From Azolla caroliniana (lineage: Eukaryota; Plantae; Polypodiophyta), in assembly GCA_043228905.1 (NCBI GenBank), contig JBHGNT010000014.1:13764001-13828000 (forward strand): 64,000 nt of DNA, read 5' to 3'. Shown here piece by piece: positions 38,721 to 51,402 of this stretch. The first letter of the stretch is position 1, and every line of letters begins with the position of its first letter. Both the position numbers and the translations under genes were made by a program. The notes below the pieces were generated by a model, which ran no database searches, was not told where the DNA came from, and saw nothing but the letters and a program-made list of their open reading frames with translations.

Positions 38721-39335
38721 AAGTTTACTTAACATAATTATTACCATAATCAGTACTAGTGAATCTAGGAGGAGAGAACTAAATGGTCAATCAGTTCAGA
38801 TTCACATTTCAAGACAGTACTGGTGCATGTAGCTAGAGAATTACTAATTCAGTATTTTATACAAACATTTATAAGTACTATGGAGTATTACGAAAATAGA
38901 CTTCCATTTATAAGTACCAAACATATGGATTATTTCCTCACCTTGCAATGAAGTAGAAGGACCGGACCGCCTTAAATTGCGAGGCAGCACCATTGGTCAT
39001 TGTACCAATGCATTGATTGAACCTCATTTTCAACTTTAAACGTATAGTTTTCTACAAAGTCAATAACATATACTATAACTTCTGGTGGTAAGTTATTTAT
39101 ACATTCCTTGAACTGTGAATTTTGCCAATAACTCTTAAAGTTATGTGGAATGAACTCCCCGAGTTACTTCTTAAACTCTGAGACAAGGGTAGCAACACAT
39201 GTCTCCTTATATACTTCCTTGATACGCTTACTAACGAGACCCTTACCTATATTTTCTGTCACATACTCTAAATATTTCCATTTCACAGTATGACAGTTAT
39301 CTACATCAAGCTCTTGTCTACAAATAGCGGTTGTG

Positions 39336-40880
39336 GGCATTCCCAATAAGAAGTGGGAGAGTATATCCATGGATTTTATTGTTAACCTTCCTCTCACCCA
39401 AAAAGGTCATGATGCCATCTGGGTTGTGGTTGATAGACGAACTAAAATGGCCAGATTTATTGCTACTAAAACCACAGTAACAACTCCTCAATTGGCTTAC
39501 CAATTCGTTGACAAGTTATTTCGTTTTTATGGGTTGCCGATGGATGTCGTGAGTGATCGAGATCCAAAGTTTACTAGTGATTTCTGGACACAAGTCTTTA
39601 AGAAGTTAGAAACTACATTGAGCATGAGTTCCACGGATCATCCTCAATCCGATGGATAGACAGAATGAGTAAACCAAATTATTGAGGACATGCTTCGAGA
39701 ATACGTTGGTGCAAAACCAGCAAAATGGGAATGTTATCTCCCAATTTTGGATTTTGCTTATAACAGCTCCAAGCATACGTCGACGGGATATAGTACGTTT
39801 ATGTTGATGTATGATTTTCAGCCACGAGCCCTGATTGATGTTAATATACATCATGATGTGTTGCGAAGTATGCAAAACTTTCTTCGGGATATGCAAGATA
39901 TGTTGTATATTGCACGAGATAATATAAAAACAGCTCAAGATAGAGTGCGTTTTTACGCCGATCATGATAGGCAACCTCGTGTATTCAACCCTGGACAAAA
40001 GGTATTTTTAAGTGTACGTCACAATTCTAAAACATTGTCTACGGGTAAGTGCGCTAAGTTAGCCCCACGGTTTTGTGGACCTTTTCAAGTCCTCAAACGC
40101 ATTAGTTCATCAGCCTATCGTCTAAAAGAACTTCTAAAAGAACTTCTAAAAGTCGTCTAAAAGAACTTCTAGGTTATGGTGACAATACAATTACAATTGA
40201 AACTGTAGTTACTTCTGTAGAATTATCTTCTAAACCACACGTACTAGAAAGAATTCTCGATGTTAAAACAAAAAATCCACAATTCTAAAACATTGTCTAC
40301 GGGTAAGTGCGCTAAGTTAGCCCCACGGTTTTGTGGACCTTTTCAAGTCCTCAAACGCATTAGTTCATCAGCCTATCATCTAAAAGAACTTCTAAAAGTC
40401 GTCTAAAAGAACTTCTAGGTTCTGGTGACAATACAATTACAACTGAAACTGTAGTTATTTCTGTAGAATTATCTTCTAAACCACACGTACTAGAAAGAAT
40501 TCTCGATGTTAAAACAAAAAATCCACAATTCTAAAACATTGTCTACGGGTAAGTGCGCTAAGTTAGCCCCACGGTTTTGTGGACCTTTTCAAGTCCTCAA
40601 ACGCATTAGTTCATCAGCCTATCGTCTAAAAGAACTTCTAAAAGTCGTCTAAAAGAACTTCTAGGTTCTGGTGACAATACAGTTACAACTGAAACTGTAG
40701 TTATTTCTATAGAATTATCTTCTAAACCACACGTACTAGAAAGAATTCTCGATGTTAAAACAAAAAATCTGCGTGCTAAAATAAGCCGAGAATTGAAAAT
40801 TAAATGGATGGATTAATCTATCAAAAATGCCACATGGGAACGCGAAAATACTCTTAGAACTACCCTAACTTTCCATTGCA
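39336..40880 (+). pseudogene. B integrase and chromodomain remnant
   Basis: WESISMDFI, VSDRDPKFTS, KLAPRFCGPF, ERILDVK..IKW..ATWERE. Confidence 0.88.
40020..40769 (+). repeat. Triplicated ~250-bp unit in B integrase C-terminus
   Basis: cacaattctaaaacattgtc starts at 40020, 40278 and 40524. Confidence 0.92.
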
Positions 40881-40909
40881 AGAGTGTAATGTTTTAAAGA
40901 GGGGGAGTA

Positions 40910-41337
40910 TGTTACGAGCATGACCATATAATATCCCGTAGTGAGAATTTACCGTAGTATTCTATACACGTGGATAAGTGTGAGGGTTAAATGAGAGTGT
41001 AACGAAGGGGATGATTACTTTTAGGCCAAGTGTGAACTTGCCTGGGGGCCTTGGGTCTCGCTATAAATATGAGGCCTAGCTACCCTCATTTCATCATCTC
41101 TTGACTACGTCGAGACTCTGTTTCGTGGTGGGTCAACTCTTGTAGCGAGTGTGCCAACACCAGGTACGACTCGACGCCACGACGATGGTATGGGACATCG
41201 ATCGAGGCCTGAGTCCGTCTCGATCCCTTTGCTCGAGGGTGGTCAGGTGGATCGGCACCCTTCTTTATCTCTCTCCTTTCTTATTTCATATATATTATAT
41301 CCTTATCATATGCTTACATTAGATCATCAATCTATCA
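40910..41337 (+). repeat. 3' LTR of B
   Basis: Follows PPT; followed by TSD TCCCA. Confidence 0.92.
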
Positions 41338-41342
41338 TCCCA

Positions 41343-42190
41343 GATGTAAGATGTATTTGAAATGAAGGACCTGGGGGACCTTCATTATTTCCTCGGGATC
41401 GAAGTGATCCATACCCCCGATGGCATATTGCTCTCACAACGACATTATGTGCTGAATATGCCGTACAAGTTCAGCATGACTGAGTGCCAACAAATTTCTA
41501 CCCCTTTGAACCAGAATCTCAAGCTTCGTCTCGACTCCGGACTGGCCTGCAACGAGAAATGGTTCCCGACATTAGCTATCTGATTGGGGTGATAATTCAG
41601 TTCATGTAGAAGTCGACCGTGGAGCACCTTCAATGCGCGCATCGAATACTCTTGTATGTAAACAACACTAAGGATCGTGAACTGCTATATCAACACGGTC
41701 TAACCAAAAAGCTAGTCGGTTATATAGATGCCGACTAGGCCGGTGATGTGTCGGATCGTTGGTCCACTTCCAGTTATATGTTTTCTCTTAGTAGCGTGGC
41801 TATTGCATGGAGCAACAAGAAGTAGCCGACAATGACTCTATCGAGCATTGAGGCTGAGTATTGGGGTGCTACCATTGCCACATGTGAAGCCATTTGGCTT
41901 CGGCGGCTGCTGCAAGACCTCCAGATCGAAGTACCGACTCCCATCCCGATCTACTGCGACAACATGAGCAGCATGCAGCTAGCCAAGAACCTTGTGTTCC
42001 ATGCTCGGACAAAGCATATAGAAGTGCATTATCACTTTGTGCACGAGCGGGTCCTCAACGGTGAAGTCGAACTTTGTTATGTCCGGACGGATCGGCAGGT
42101 TGCCGACATCTTCACAAAGGCACTTAGAACCGACAAGTTGCAACACTTTTCGGAGATGCTTGGTCTTCAATGTCTCGACATGCCACACTT
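41343..42190 (+). pseudogene. Copia A RT C-terminus and RNase H
   Basis: MKDLGDLHYFLGIEV, SSIEAEY, YCDNMS, HARTKHIEVHYHF, ADIFTK. Confidence 0.92.
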
Positions 42191-42738
42191 AACGGGGGAG
42201 AAAGGAGGAAACCGGAATAGAAATTGAGAAAATAGGCAAAGGCACTGGACAAGCAGCCAGAGAGAAGGAAACAACTAAAGTAGGGGGAGACAAGAAGAAA
42301 AGGGAAGCCCAGTCGACTGAAGAAGTGGACACATCTGATAAAGTCAGCACAAGCGGAGATGGCAGCAGAGTCAAGAAGGACAGAGCCAACTGGAGGAAGA
42401 AGGCTAAGACTCGGACATGGTCCGACGTGGTGAAGGGCCTGAAGGTTGAAGATGAATTGGAGATAACTAATTCGGACAGAGCAGGAATGAATCAGAGACA
42501 GTCAATTCGGTTGAGATGTTTGTTTCGGAGGAGTTGAATCGACTGGAGGCCAAGGGCCAAGGGAGCAGACAAGCCAACTGAGAAAGTGGAGGTGCGCGGA
42601 ACCAGACGGGTTGTGGAAAGTGGGTCCGGACGGGTTGAGGAGCGCGAGCAAGGTGGGAAGACGCTAGAAGGAGCCGGAGGAATGGACAGACAAACATTGA
42701 CATCACGATCCGACCTCAAGTTGAGCTTGAGGGGGGAG

Positions 42739-43144
42739 TGTTGAGCTGAGAAGCTCAACCAGATCCGGATCGACTGAATAAGCTAGAGTCGGTGTCTTGA
42801 TTGGTATCTGAAACCAGGAGCCGGATCAATATGAACCGGTAGGTCGTGAGAGGCCTACAAATCTAGCCTAGAATGTTGGCACATTGGAGTCTATGTTCGT
42901 CACTCTCATGAGCATTGAAGTACATGTTAGTACTTCTGTCAGTTCTTTTTAAGAACTTGTATAAAAGTGCTCACTGAGCACATTGTATGTACAAAGTGTT
43001 ATTATTTTTTGATAGAGTTTTATGTTGTTCTGCTCTCTATTTGTCTCTTCGATGTATTCAAGCTTTCCATTAAACCTCCATTTTGTGTTCTATTGGTATC
43101 CGTTTGAGCTGGTTTGTCTAAGCTTCCGCACGCAATTTGTTACA
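42739..43144 (+). repeat. 3' LTR of copia A
   Basis: tgttgag..tgttaca after PPT gaggggggag; 3' part similar to 2798-2936. Confidence 0.88.
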
Positions 43145-43954
43145 ATAATCCATGTCGTCCTTAGAATACTCAATGTTGCTAATATTGAGAAGGGTTCTAG
43201 CCTAGGCCTAAGAAATGTTTTTTTGTAGTTAATAGAGTGTTGAGCTTTCTATTTTAGTTGAACACACTATAAATAATGATAATCTTGCGTGAGGTCCATC
43301 TAAGCTTGTTGGAAAAGATATGCACCGTGCATGCCTATAATCATTTATTCACCACCAATATTTTCTTCTTAATTATGTGGACATTCTTGCTAATATTGTT
43401 GTACATATGCATTTACTATTAGCATCACTTTTAAATCATAATGTTAAGGTTTTTACTCTTTGTATTGTGGAGAATGTGCAATATTGATATTAAAAATTGT
43501 TGTAAAGTACACAATTTATGTTGCTCTAAAATCCATCACTCACCTCTCTTCCGAAACATTGTTTGATATTGGTAACGGTGTAAAAATATTTCTTTATAAA
43601 GAAATGATTTAATGTTGTGCTAGCATGTAATATTCTATTTTTTTAGAAACCTAAATATATTACAACCCCTTTCTGAATGATTTTACTTGGAAATGATATT
43701 TACGGATTTTGCAAGGCTTTTCAAATACATTTCTAATACTTTTACAATATTAAATCCATAATAGGTTCCATGTCTGCACTAAAGTGATTGAGTTAAAGTC
43801 TTCTAATCTTGAACTTACAAGATTGGTTTGAATGAAGCAATGTTTTAGTTATGATGTTGCTAATAGCTATTGTGAGTACACGACCTCACATTGTTTATAA
43901 TTCCATGGATCAAGGTTTGATATATTTATGCTGTTACTTTTGTTTTGTAGTTTA

Positions 43955-45070
43955 CTTTCGACAAAGCTCCCACCTAAGGACAACATGATTCCTACTTCAA
44001 GGGAGAAAGCTAGGAAGATGATCTCCAAGCTTGGCCTCAACAACAACCAAATTCATGCTTGCAAAAATAATTTGAATCCTTTTTACAGGTAAGTATGAAA
44101 GAACTACTGTTTGTCACATTTGTGCAAAATGCTTTAAGGAAAACAATGTCCCTAGAAAGAAATTACGACATTTCCCATTGGCACCATGAGTGCATCATAT
44201 GTTTCGTACTCATCACCTCACATACTCCATGAATGCCACTACAAACAACATTATGTGGATTCTATCTTATTGTCCAACCTTTAAAAATATAGATAATAGG
44301 TGGCCAGATATCAAGACCAAGCCAAGAAATTTAAAACTAGATGTTGGACTAGATGTGTCAACTCATTTATGGTGTAATCATCAAATGGTCAACTTGGTCG
44401 ATGATTGTTGAGAGATCAAGCTCAACTTAGTTTAGTTAGTTAGTCAACACATGTAACTTAGTAGTTACCTAGATAGAATCTAGTTAGTGTGTTAACCATA
44501 AAGCCCTAAATAGGATTTTGTACTTGAGTGGGATACATTGTAGATCCACCACTCCATGCTCATAGTACCTATATTCTACTCACACGTGCACCTTTGCACA
44601 TGAGATGGATATATACCTCATTGTGGGTATTTTTGTATTTGATGATGATGATAAAGCTAATTTAACATAGTTACTCATCCCCCATCTTGTGTTGTTCGTA
44701 AGTGTATCTCTCTGTCTCTCTCTCTCTCTCTTCCTCTCACACACATACACACACATATGATCACATAATCTTCTGCTTATCAACTAATCACATAATTAGG
44801 AACTAATTAACCCTTATTTACTTACCTAATTCTTAACAATGATTGAATAAATAAGGAACACTTGATGTTATCCTTCGTAATTTTAGGAAAGAGACATGTT
44901 AAGTATCTAAATGTATGCTTAACACTTCAATTGATGACCTAAACGAATTGTGGAGAGGTTTAGATGTCATTGATGACCTCTTAGCAACCAAAAAGAGAGG
45001 ACATCAAGCATTTAAACTCCATGAGATTGTAGCGTGGACTATTCATGACCACCTTGCAAATGGGTTATTG
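43955..45070 (+). pseudogene. CACTA/EnSpm Tnp2-like transposase remnant
   Basis: KLGLNNNQIHACKNN, VPRKKLRHFPL, WPDIKTKPRNLKL, IDDLNELWRG, WTIHD. Confidence 0.78.
44406..44838 (+). mobile_element. Copia-family solo LTR
   Basis: tgttgag..cttaaca with TSD ATGAT. Confidence 0.85.
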
Positions 45071-45695
45071 TACTTGGGAACCAGTGGAGAATGTGGCAAA
45101 TGCTCAAGCCCTTCTTAAGGGTTTCCATCGACAATATCTAGACAAACCAGGTCCTCAATCAAAGACGACTTGTAAAACTCGTTGTTCGAAGGAGGGGATA
45201 GTGTCATGATATGGCCCAAAAAAGAATAGACCCCGAACCATGTGTTATACAGGTTGAGGCCATACTAGTAAGATAACAATTGTAATATGAGAAACATTAT
45301 TTTCTTTTTTTTATTCATTACAGAAACTTCATGTATATATTACTTTGGAACATTCTAGAAACTTCAAGAATACCCCTAATAATACTATAAATAGATGCAT
45401 ATAGAACTATTCAGAACCAATTTAGTTCAATGCCAATCTTAAGCCTCTTAGCTATCCTTGTAAGCTTCTTTATATAATATACTTCTTGTTATCATACTTC
45501 TCTCTTCCACACACACACACACACACACAATCTCTCTCTCTCTCTCTCTCTCTCTACATCAAGTACTAATCCTAACATTACTCTCTACATAGTCTTTCCC
45601 TCCTCTCTACATCTAGTACTAATCTTGACATTATTCTCACTCTCTTTCCTCTATCTGTAGTACTAATCCTCTCTGCCTCTAGTACTACTTTTGAT
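45071..45695 (+). mobile_element. 3' fragment of an F-related chromovirus (chromodomain end, PPT, LTR)
   Basis: TWEPVENVANAQ.., PPT gaaggaggggatag, LTR starting tgtcatgata at 45202 and similar to F LTR. Confidence 0.82.
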
Positions 45696-46296
45696 TGTAG
45701 GTATATGTACAGGTGTTGCTTCTAGATTGAAGTCATAGAATCCTTTTATGACTTCCTTACATTGTTGTGCACATCGAACATACTTGTGCATGCAAGAGGC
45801 TTCAAAGAACATTGAAGTAAAATAAACATGCTACAAGCCCTTGTGAATCAGATGACTATGCATTTCTCAAGAAATTCAATGTGCCCAACATGAATTGGCT
45901 AGGATGCAAGATGCATCAAATACACACATTTGCATATTCTTGGGATTGTGAAGACACAACGTCTTAGTCAACATGGTGTTATTATGAGGGTATGCGATGT
46001 GTACGAACCATTAATGAAGACTTTGCAATCACAAAGTTTAAAAAAGCATATTGACATGACAAGAGGATGAGTGATGATGGTGTGGGGGCCAAAGCAGATC
46101 ATGAGGGGATGAGGAAACATATTTAGGCTCATTTTGTTGTTATTTGTACAGGAACTTGGTGGTAATTGGCGAGATGGTTGATGCAGACTGAATGTTCAAC
46201 AAATTTTTGTGTGATAAGGATGAGTGAAGACGGTTTGGGGGTCAAACCATATTTTCTTGAGGTGATGATGATACTATATCATTTTGTGGTTATAGG

Positions 46297-46735
46297 TACA
46301 TGATTTTGGTGATAAGGATATACTGTTAGTTTTGGAAAAGATTTCACAACTCAATTCTCCCCTTGTTATTATTGTTGAGGATGTTTCTGGAGAAGCGTTG
46401 CTACACTTGTGGTTAATAAGTTGTGGGGTGTCGAGTTTATAGCTAGTGATCTTGGATTGACACCTGAAGAGATAACTATTGAGCAACTAGGAACCACTCA
46501 CAAAGTGACCATCACCAAGGACTATACTAAAATTATTGTAGATGTTGCCTCAAAAGATGAGATACCAGACATGATAGCTCAAATTAAGAAGAACTTGCGG
46601 AAACAGATTTTGTTTATGATATTGTAAAGTTAGCGGACAGAATTGCAAAGCTATTAGGTGGTGTAGTTGTTATTAAGGTAGGAGCTGCCACTGAAATTGA
46701 GTTAGAAGAACGGAAATTAAGAATTGAAGATGCAT
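46297..46735 (+). pseudogene. CPN60A: Plastid chaperonin-60 alpha gene fragment
   Basis: [78 protein letters not shown]; frameshifts and an internal deletion. Confidence 0.82.
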
Positions 46736-47089
46736 AAGTATGATACATTTGCTGCCATTGGTCATGGAGATGAAGGACATGGTTGTTTCGACATGGGAGA
46801 TGATAATTGTGGGCTATCCAAGGCGGTCCACCACGATTTATTCCAAGCGGAATGGGCATTATGGAATTTTTTGTGTCTACAAATGTAGCAGTTGTAGTAC
46901 AAAAATTTCCCATCCATGTTCTGTTGAAGCAGGTGTTGAAGTACAGGAATTTGCTAAGCAGGTGTTGACTCAAGTTGAGCCTAATGTTGTGGACGAAAAT
47001 AGTTTTAGCTTACAATGTAGAGAATTTTCATATAATCCAAGGGCACTGGTATGTGTTGATTGTTCAATGGAAGAATGTCCGCATAAGTT

Positions 47090-48372
47090 CTACTAATGAA
47101 AAATAAATTTTCTTTTGAAAAAAGTTTAAAAAAGTTTAAAGTAGTGTATATGCTCCATTTCCTTGCAAATATACTTAAGATTATGCTTACATTAAGTATG
47201 GAATTCCAAAAAGATTATGTGGTTATGACATGTATTGGAGGTTTGGCTATGATAGCCATTGGGGATATAGAAGAGTAGTTTTTGCATCATGTTATTATGG
47301 ATCTCAATGGTTTTGAGAAGGATACCAACAACTATCCAGGTATATTCCAGAATATGGTAGAGAAAAATGAATGCTTTCCATTTTACGAGATACTCCAAAA
47401 GGTAATATGTATAAAAGCATCATCGTGGATTGAAGTATCAATAGTGAGTCCACTTAATTAAAGCCATACGTTTTTTAACGTTATTTTCTAGGGAATTAAT
47501 AGAGACGATAAAAAAGAGGCTTTAAGATCTAGTGTCTCTTTTTGCATTGAAAATGTTATCACCAATGAACATGTCTACTAGATCTACAAATATTTTAGCA
47601 CAAAAGACTATGGGTCTTAATGGGTTGAAAACATTTAGAATGTTTTATGATGTTCAAAAAATGATAGATAAAGTGTTTTCTCCCATAATTGATAATGATA
47701 AATTTTATAATGAATATGCAAGTTTCAAAAGGAAAGCTACAACGACATGGCTTGGAAGAGATTTCTTAGATGTTTGAGGTATGATAAATTGTAATGATGT
47801 TTGGAAAGAAAAGATACCCAAGCTTTTAAAGCTTTCATTGATAGGGTTAACTCAATGTTCTTCTATGACCGTATGTGAGAGAGGCTTTAGTTGCCTAAAT
47901 CTAATAAAGAATATGTCTAGAAATAGGCAAACATGCAATGTCGTACATTATTGATACGAATAGCTTTTGAAGGACATGAACTAGAAGAGCATGACTTTAG
48001 TGCCAAAATTGTGTTGTGGCGAGAAAGCAAGGCATATCGTCATATATTTACAAGAACTTCTCATGCACATGATTAGCAATGGGCCCAATTTGGTTTGGTT
48101 TGTTGGTCTTGAAACCAAGCAAAACAAAATCATTTATTAATATAAAAACCGAACCAAACCGTTTAGAAATTATGAAGCCATTTAAACTGAACCGTTTAAA
48201 CCAAACTGTTTAATACATAGGAGAAATCAAACTGTTTACGAAAATTTTAGAACCAAATCAAACTGGTTTATCATAAATCAAAACTAAACCCGTTTATCAT
48301 AGATCAAAAGCAAACCAGTTTATCATAGATCAAGACCAAACCAAACCAAAGTGCGAGATTAAACCAAACCAT
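47090..48372 (+). mobile_element. hAT transposon 3' remnant with subterminal repeats
   Basis: LHFLANIL..LSMEFQKD; dimerisation motif YPKLLKL..CERGFSCLNLIK..RNR near 47810-47930; AAACC(G/A) repeats 48085-48372. Confidence 0.75.
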
Positions 48373-50598
48373 TTCGACATAAATTGATTTGTATGTTCTA
48401 TCTAAAATAAAACCAAAGATTAGACATAATAAACAATGCTAGAGATTACTACTCGAGACAGAAAATAGAAATTTACACTACATTTTCAATGCTTTCTTAA
48501 GAAAAAATAGACATAAATGAAGCAATGCAACCAGAGACTCTAGACATCATAATAAACAGAAATTTACACCACATTTTCTAAAAATTACTAATTTGTGGAG
48601 AAAGATAAGATATAGCATAAAAAACTCAAGGTATTTGGAATGATAACAAACAACATGAAATCCTACAACTTATGAATAAAAATTGATATAATAAAGTTCA
48701 AACTTCAAATGAAGCATTTTCAAAATCGATTTATGTAAACGAAGGTTCCTCTTTTAGTTTCCAATGTTTACTTTAAGTTCTTGCCCTCCAAATGTGAATG
48801 CTCCATACCTTATATTCTTCTAGTGTTCAATAGTTTGAATTCTAAAAACACTTCCATAAGATTGACCATATCTTAGTCAAATAGTAGACATAGTTATTGT
48901 TTGGAGGATTACTGAAGGACATTTGGAGGATTTCCCTAGCCAGTTTCACATACATAGCCACAAATTACAAATCTCGTAGCCTACATGAGGTTGAGGAATC
49001 AATCATCACGATGAGCTAAGCCCTATCTAATTAGATCATATTTTGACAAACATATGTAAGTATGCATGCATGTATGTTATGTACATGCGTATGTATATGC
49101 ACATGTATTTGAAAACGTATCTGATTTGGAACTTTATAGATATTTGATCTATTTTGATATAATATGTTGCTCATGCTAGTTTACAAAGTTTGAAAAGTGA
49201 ATATTTGCATTATATGTAAAGCCTTGAAGGTTTGGAAAAAAAATTACATTGTTGTTCTAGAGTTAAAAATTCTTCAATTTTTAGGCTAGTAATTTTCTTT
49301 TGGAAATATACATGTATATATATATACTTTTGGATCCATAATTTTTCAATTGATTTGATTTGGCATGTCCTATTTTTTTTCCCAACACTTTCTGGTTGAC
49401 ATTAACACTCGTAGGAAAGTGGTCGGTTAAATTTTTAAAATTCTGGTTACGATTAGAAGAAACAGGAAAATTTCCGGTAGGGATTAGAAACTTTGCTCAA
49501 CACTAGTTGTAATAGATGCATTCCTACGTTTTCTTCTAAACCACTTGTACCTATGTCTTTTAATATTTTTGAGACCATTTTGTAAAAAAGTGATTAATAG
49601 AAATATCCCTTAATAGTAGTATATTCATTTAAAATGTCCTTAACATAGATTTTGACCGTCATGTATAATTCAAATATAATGAGCGACAAAGACATGAACA
49701 CACATTGAAAAAAAAGTGGAAAAATCCTTGAATTGGAGACATTTGCATGTTGCCCTTTTGAGCCTCAAATGCATGAATACATACACATCCTATGCCCTTT
49801 TCATTCACCACCAAATGTAAGTATATTATATACGTATATATGTATTTTCTATTCAAATGTAATGTTACAATGTATTTTTCAAGGATACATTAACAATGTC
49901 TCCAACCTTTTATAACTTTCTATACTCACAAGAGTCCTATATCTTGTACAAGCTATAGGACGAATTTTGTTGCACCCAATCTCACGCAACCTTTGAGCGC
50001 AACCCACCCGAATGCGAGGTACAACACGTTCACATTATTGTCAACGCGCAACTATTTCATCGAACCATGCACACATCGTAGTGTTGTACAATACTGAAAG
50101 AGTTAAAAATTTGAACGACATTTTGTGCGAGGATCAAAAATCTTATTGTTGACGGAAAATCATCGGTGATAGGCTAATTAAGGTCAAGATCGATGGATGG
50201 CGAGTGAGCGACCCCATGAGGATGGAGTGTCTTGGGGCATTATCATTTGTCGCGTCCCAGAGAAGCCTTTCTTTTGTTATTTTTTGGTTGGTTTACTTTT
50301 ACCTTGGGGGTCTTCTTGAAATTATGAGCTTGCGTGTTGTGTTTGCTCTTTCAATCGAACTTCTTCTTGCCTTGTGCCTCACTCAATTAGCCGTCCATCT
50401 TATCACAACCTTACAAGTGGAAAATCCTAATTTCTTGAATTTCTTTTTACCATAATTAATTATAATTATTGTAATTAATTATAATTATGAGAGGTGATCC
50501 ATCTTGACTGGTATTTCATTATATATATATATATATAGGCGTGCAGAAAAACAGAATTGTATGATTTTTGGGCGATTCGGGTTTGATTCCACGCCCTA

Positions 50599-51225
50599 AT
50601 GTTAATTTGTGGGGTATTTCTTTCACCGCTTCATGCTTGTTTTGCAGCATTCTGTACATATATTATAGGAATCATCAGAGGATTCATCCATATATTGGCC
50701 GGCTATTTCGATTTAGCTTCAATTGACCTGTCTCAAGGGCAGATGATATGGTCGTCATCATCTTTGCCAAATGATCGAAATCATGGTGGGGATGATGATG
50801 AGGAGTGGGAGGGCATAATTGTCAGGAAAACAGAGGAGGAAGCGATCCATGGTGATGTATCTGATGATAATCAGACAGATCGGACTACGAAATTTGGCAA
50901 TCATGTGCAGAGGAAGAGGAGTTTGACGAGGGAGGAAGTAAAGGATATGGCGGATGCATTCCTCTCCCGCGTGAAAAGCCGCTTCCGATCATCAGAAGCC
51001 AAGATGATAATGGGATGTGTTAGTGAGCGTGAAATCAATCAGAATAACAATTCCATTAACAGTAATCAGAATAATAATACCATTAACGGAATAATCAATC
51101 AGAATAATAATACCATTAACGGAATAATCAATCAGAATAATAACAATGTTAATGATGATGAGTTTCATAATCACCTTGCCTATCTAGAACGCCTCCATCG
51201 CTCCTATGGCCCTTATAACAATTAA
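50599..51225 (+). CDS. Candidate host gene, DUF761 (cotton fibre protein)-like motif with Asn-rich repeat
   Basis: Uninterrupted 208-aa ORF; hydrophobic N-terminus; LTREEVKDMADAFLSRVKSRFR resembles DUF761; (TA)n tract about 65-80 nt upstream. Confidence 0.5.
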   Translation: MLICGVFLSPLHACFAAFCTYIIGIIRGFIHILAGYFDLASIDLSQGQMIWSSSSLPNDRNHGGDDDEEWEGIIVRKTEEEAIHGDVSDDNQTDRTTKFGNHVQRKRSLTREEVKDMADAFLSRVKSRFRSSEAKMIMGCVSEREINQNNNSINSNQNNNTINGIINQNNNTINGIINQNNNNVNDDEFHNHLAYLERLHRSYGPYNN

Positions 51226-51402
51226 CACTTTAATCAGTGAGCAATGTAAAATTTAAAATCAAACTTCATCCTATAGCCCCCTCCCTCCTTGAAGGCGCAT
51301 TTTAATGTCCTTCCTTATAAATTTGCGGCAGCATTTTAATGTTGTATGTAGATGGATTTAACTCGGTAATGGGTTAATAACCTATCGTATCGATTTAACC
51401 GA

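Larger units (their letters stand above)
32995..39325 (-). pseudogene. Sola2-like transposase: exons ~39325-38942 and ~37765-37141 plus 33252-32995 (split by G)
   Basis: HNFKSYWQNSQFK..VIDFVENYTF..EVQSMHW, GAASQFKAVRSFYFIAR then GT donor, WNYFGSRHGKGEHDG, SCFCSMC. Confidence 0.75.
26979..39330 (-). mobile_element. Sola2-like DNA transposon H (right end deleted)
   Basis: B homology stops at 26978 and a GGG terminus follows; minus-strand transposase motifs DFVENY, GAASQFK and YFGSRHGKGEHDGAG; superfamily assigned from recalled motifs. Confidence 0.65.
6235..41337 (+). mobile_element. Ty3/gypsy chromovirus B (degenerate; RT/RNaseH deleted)
   Basis: LTRs 6235-6693 and 40910-41337, TSD TCCCA on both sides, PBS TGGTATCAGAGC 6696-6707, PPT aaagagggggag near 40896-40907, integrase and chromodomain remnant. 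Confidence 0.92.
2798..43144 (+). mobile_element. Ty1/copia retrotransposon A (outermost, degenerate), split by a 35-kb nested insertion
   Basis: Truncated 5' LTR 2798-2936, PBS, gag-PR-INT-RT to 6234, RT/RNaseH resumes at 41343 after TSD TCCCA, PPT, 3' LTR 42739-43144. Confidence 0.9.

Noticed and set aside
46297-46735. Bacterial groEL contamination or horizontal transfer
   Set aside because: Residues (ASDLGL, ASKDEI, ETD.VYD) fit plant plastid Cpn60-alpha, and it is decayed and embedded in plant TEs
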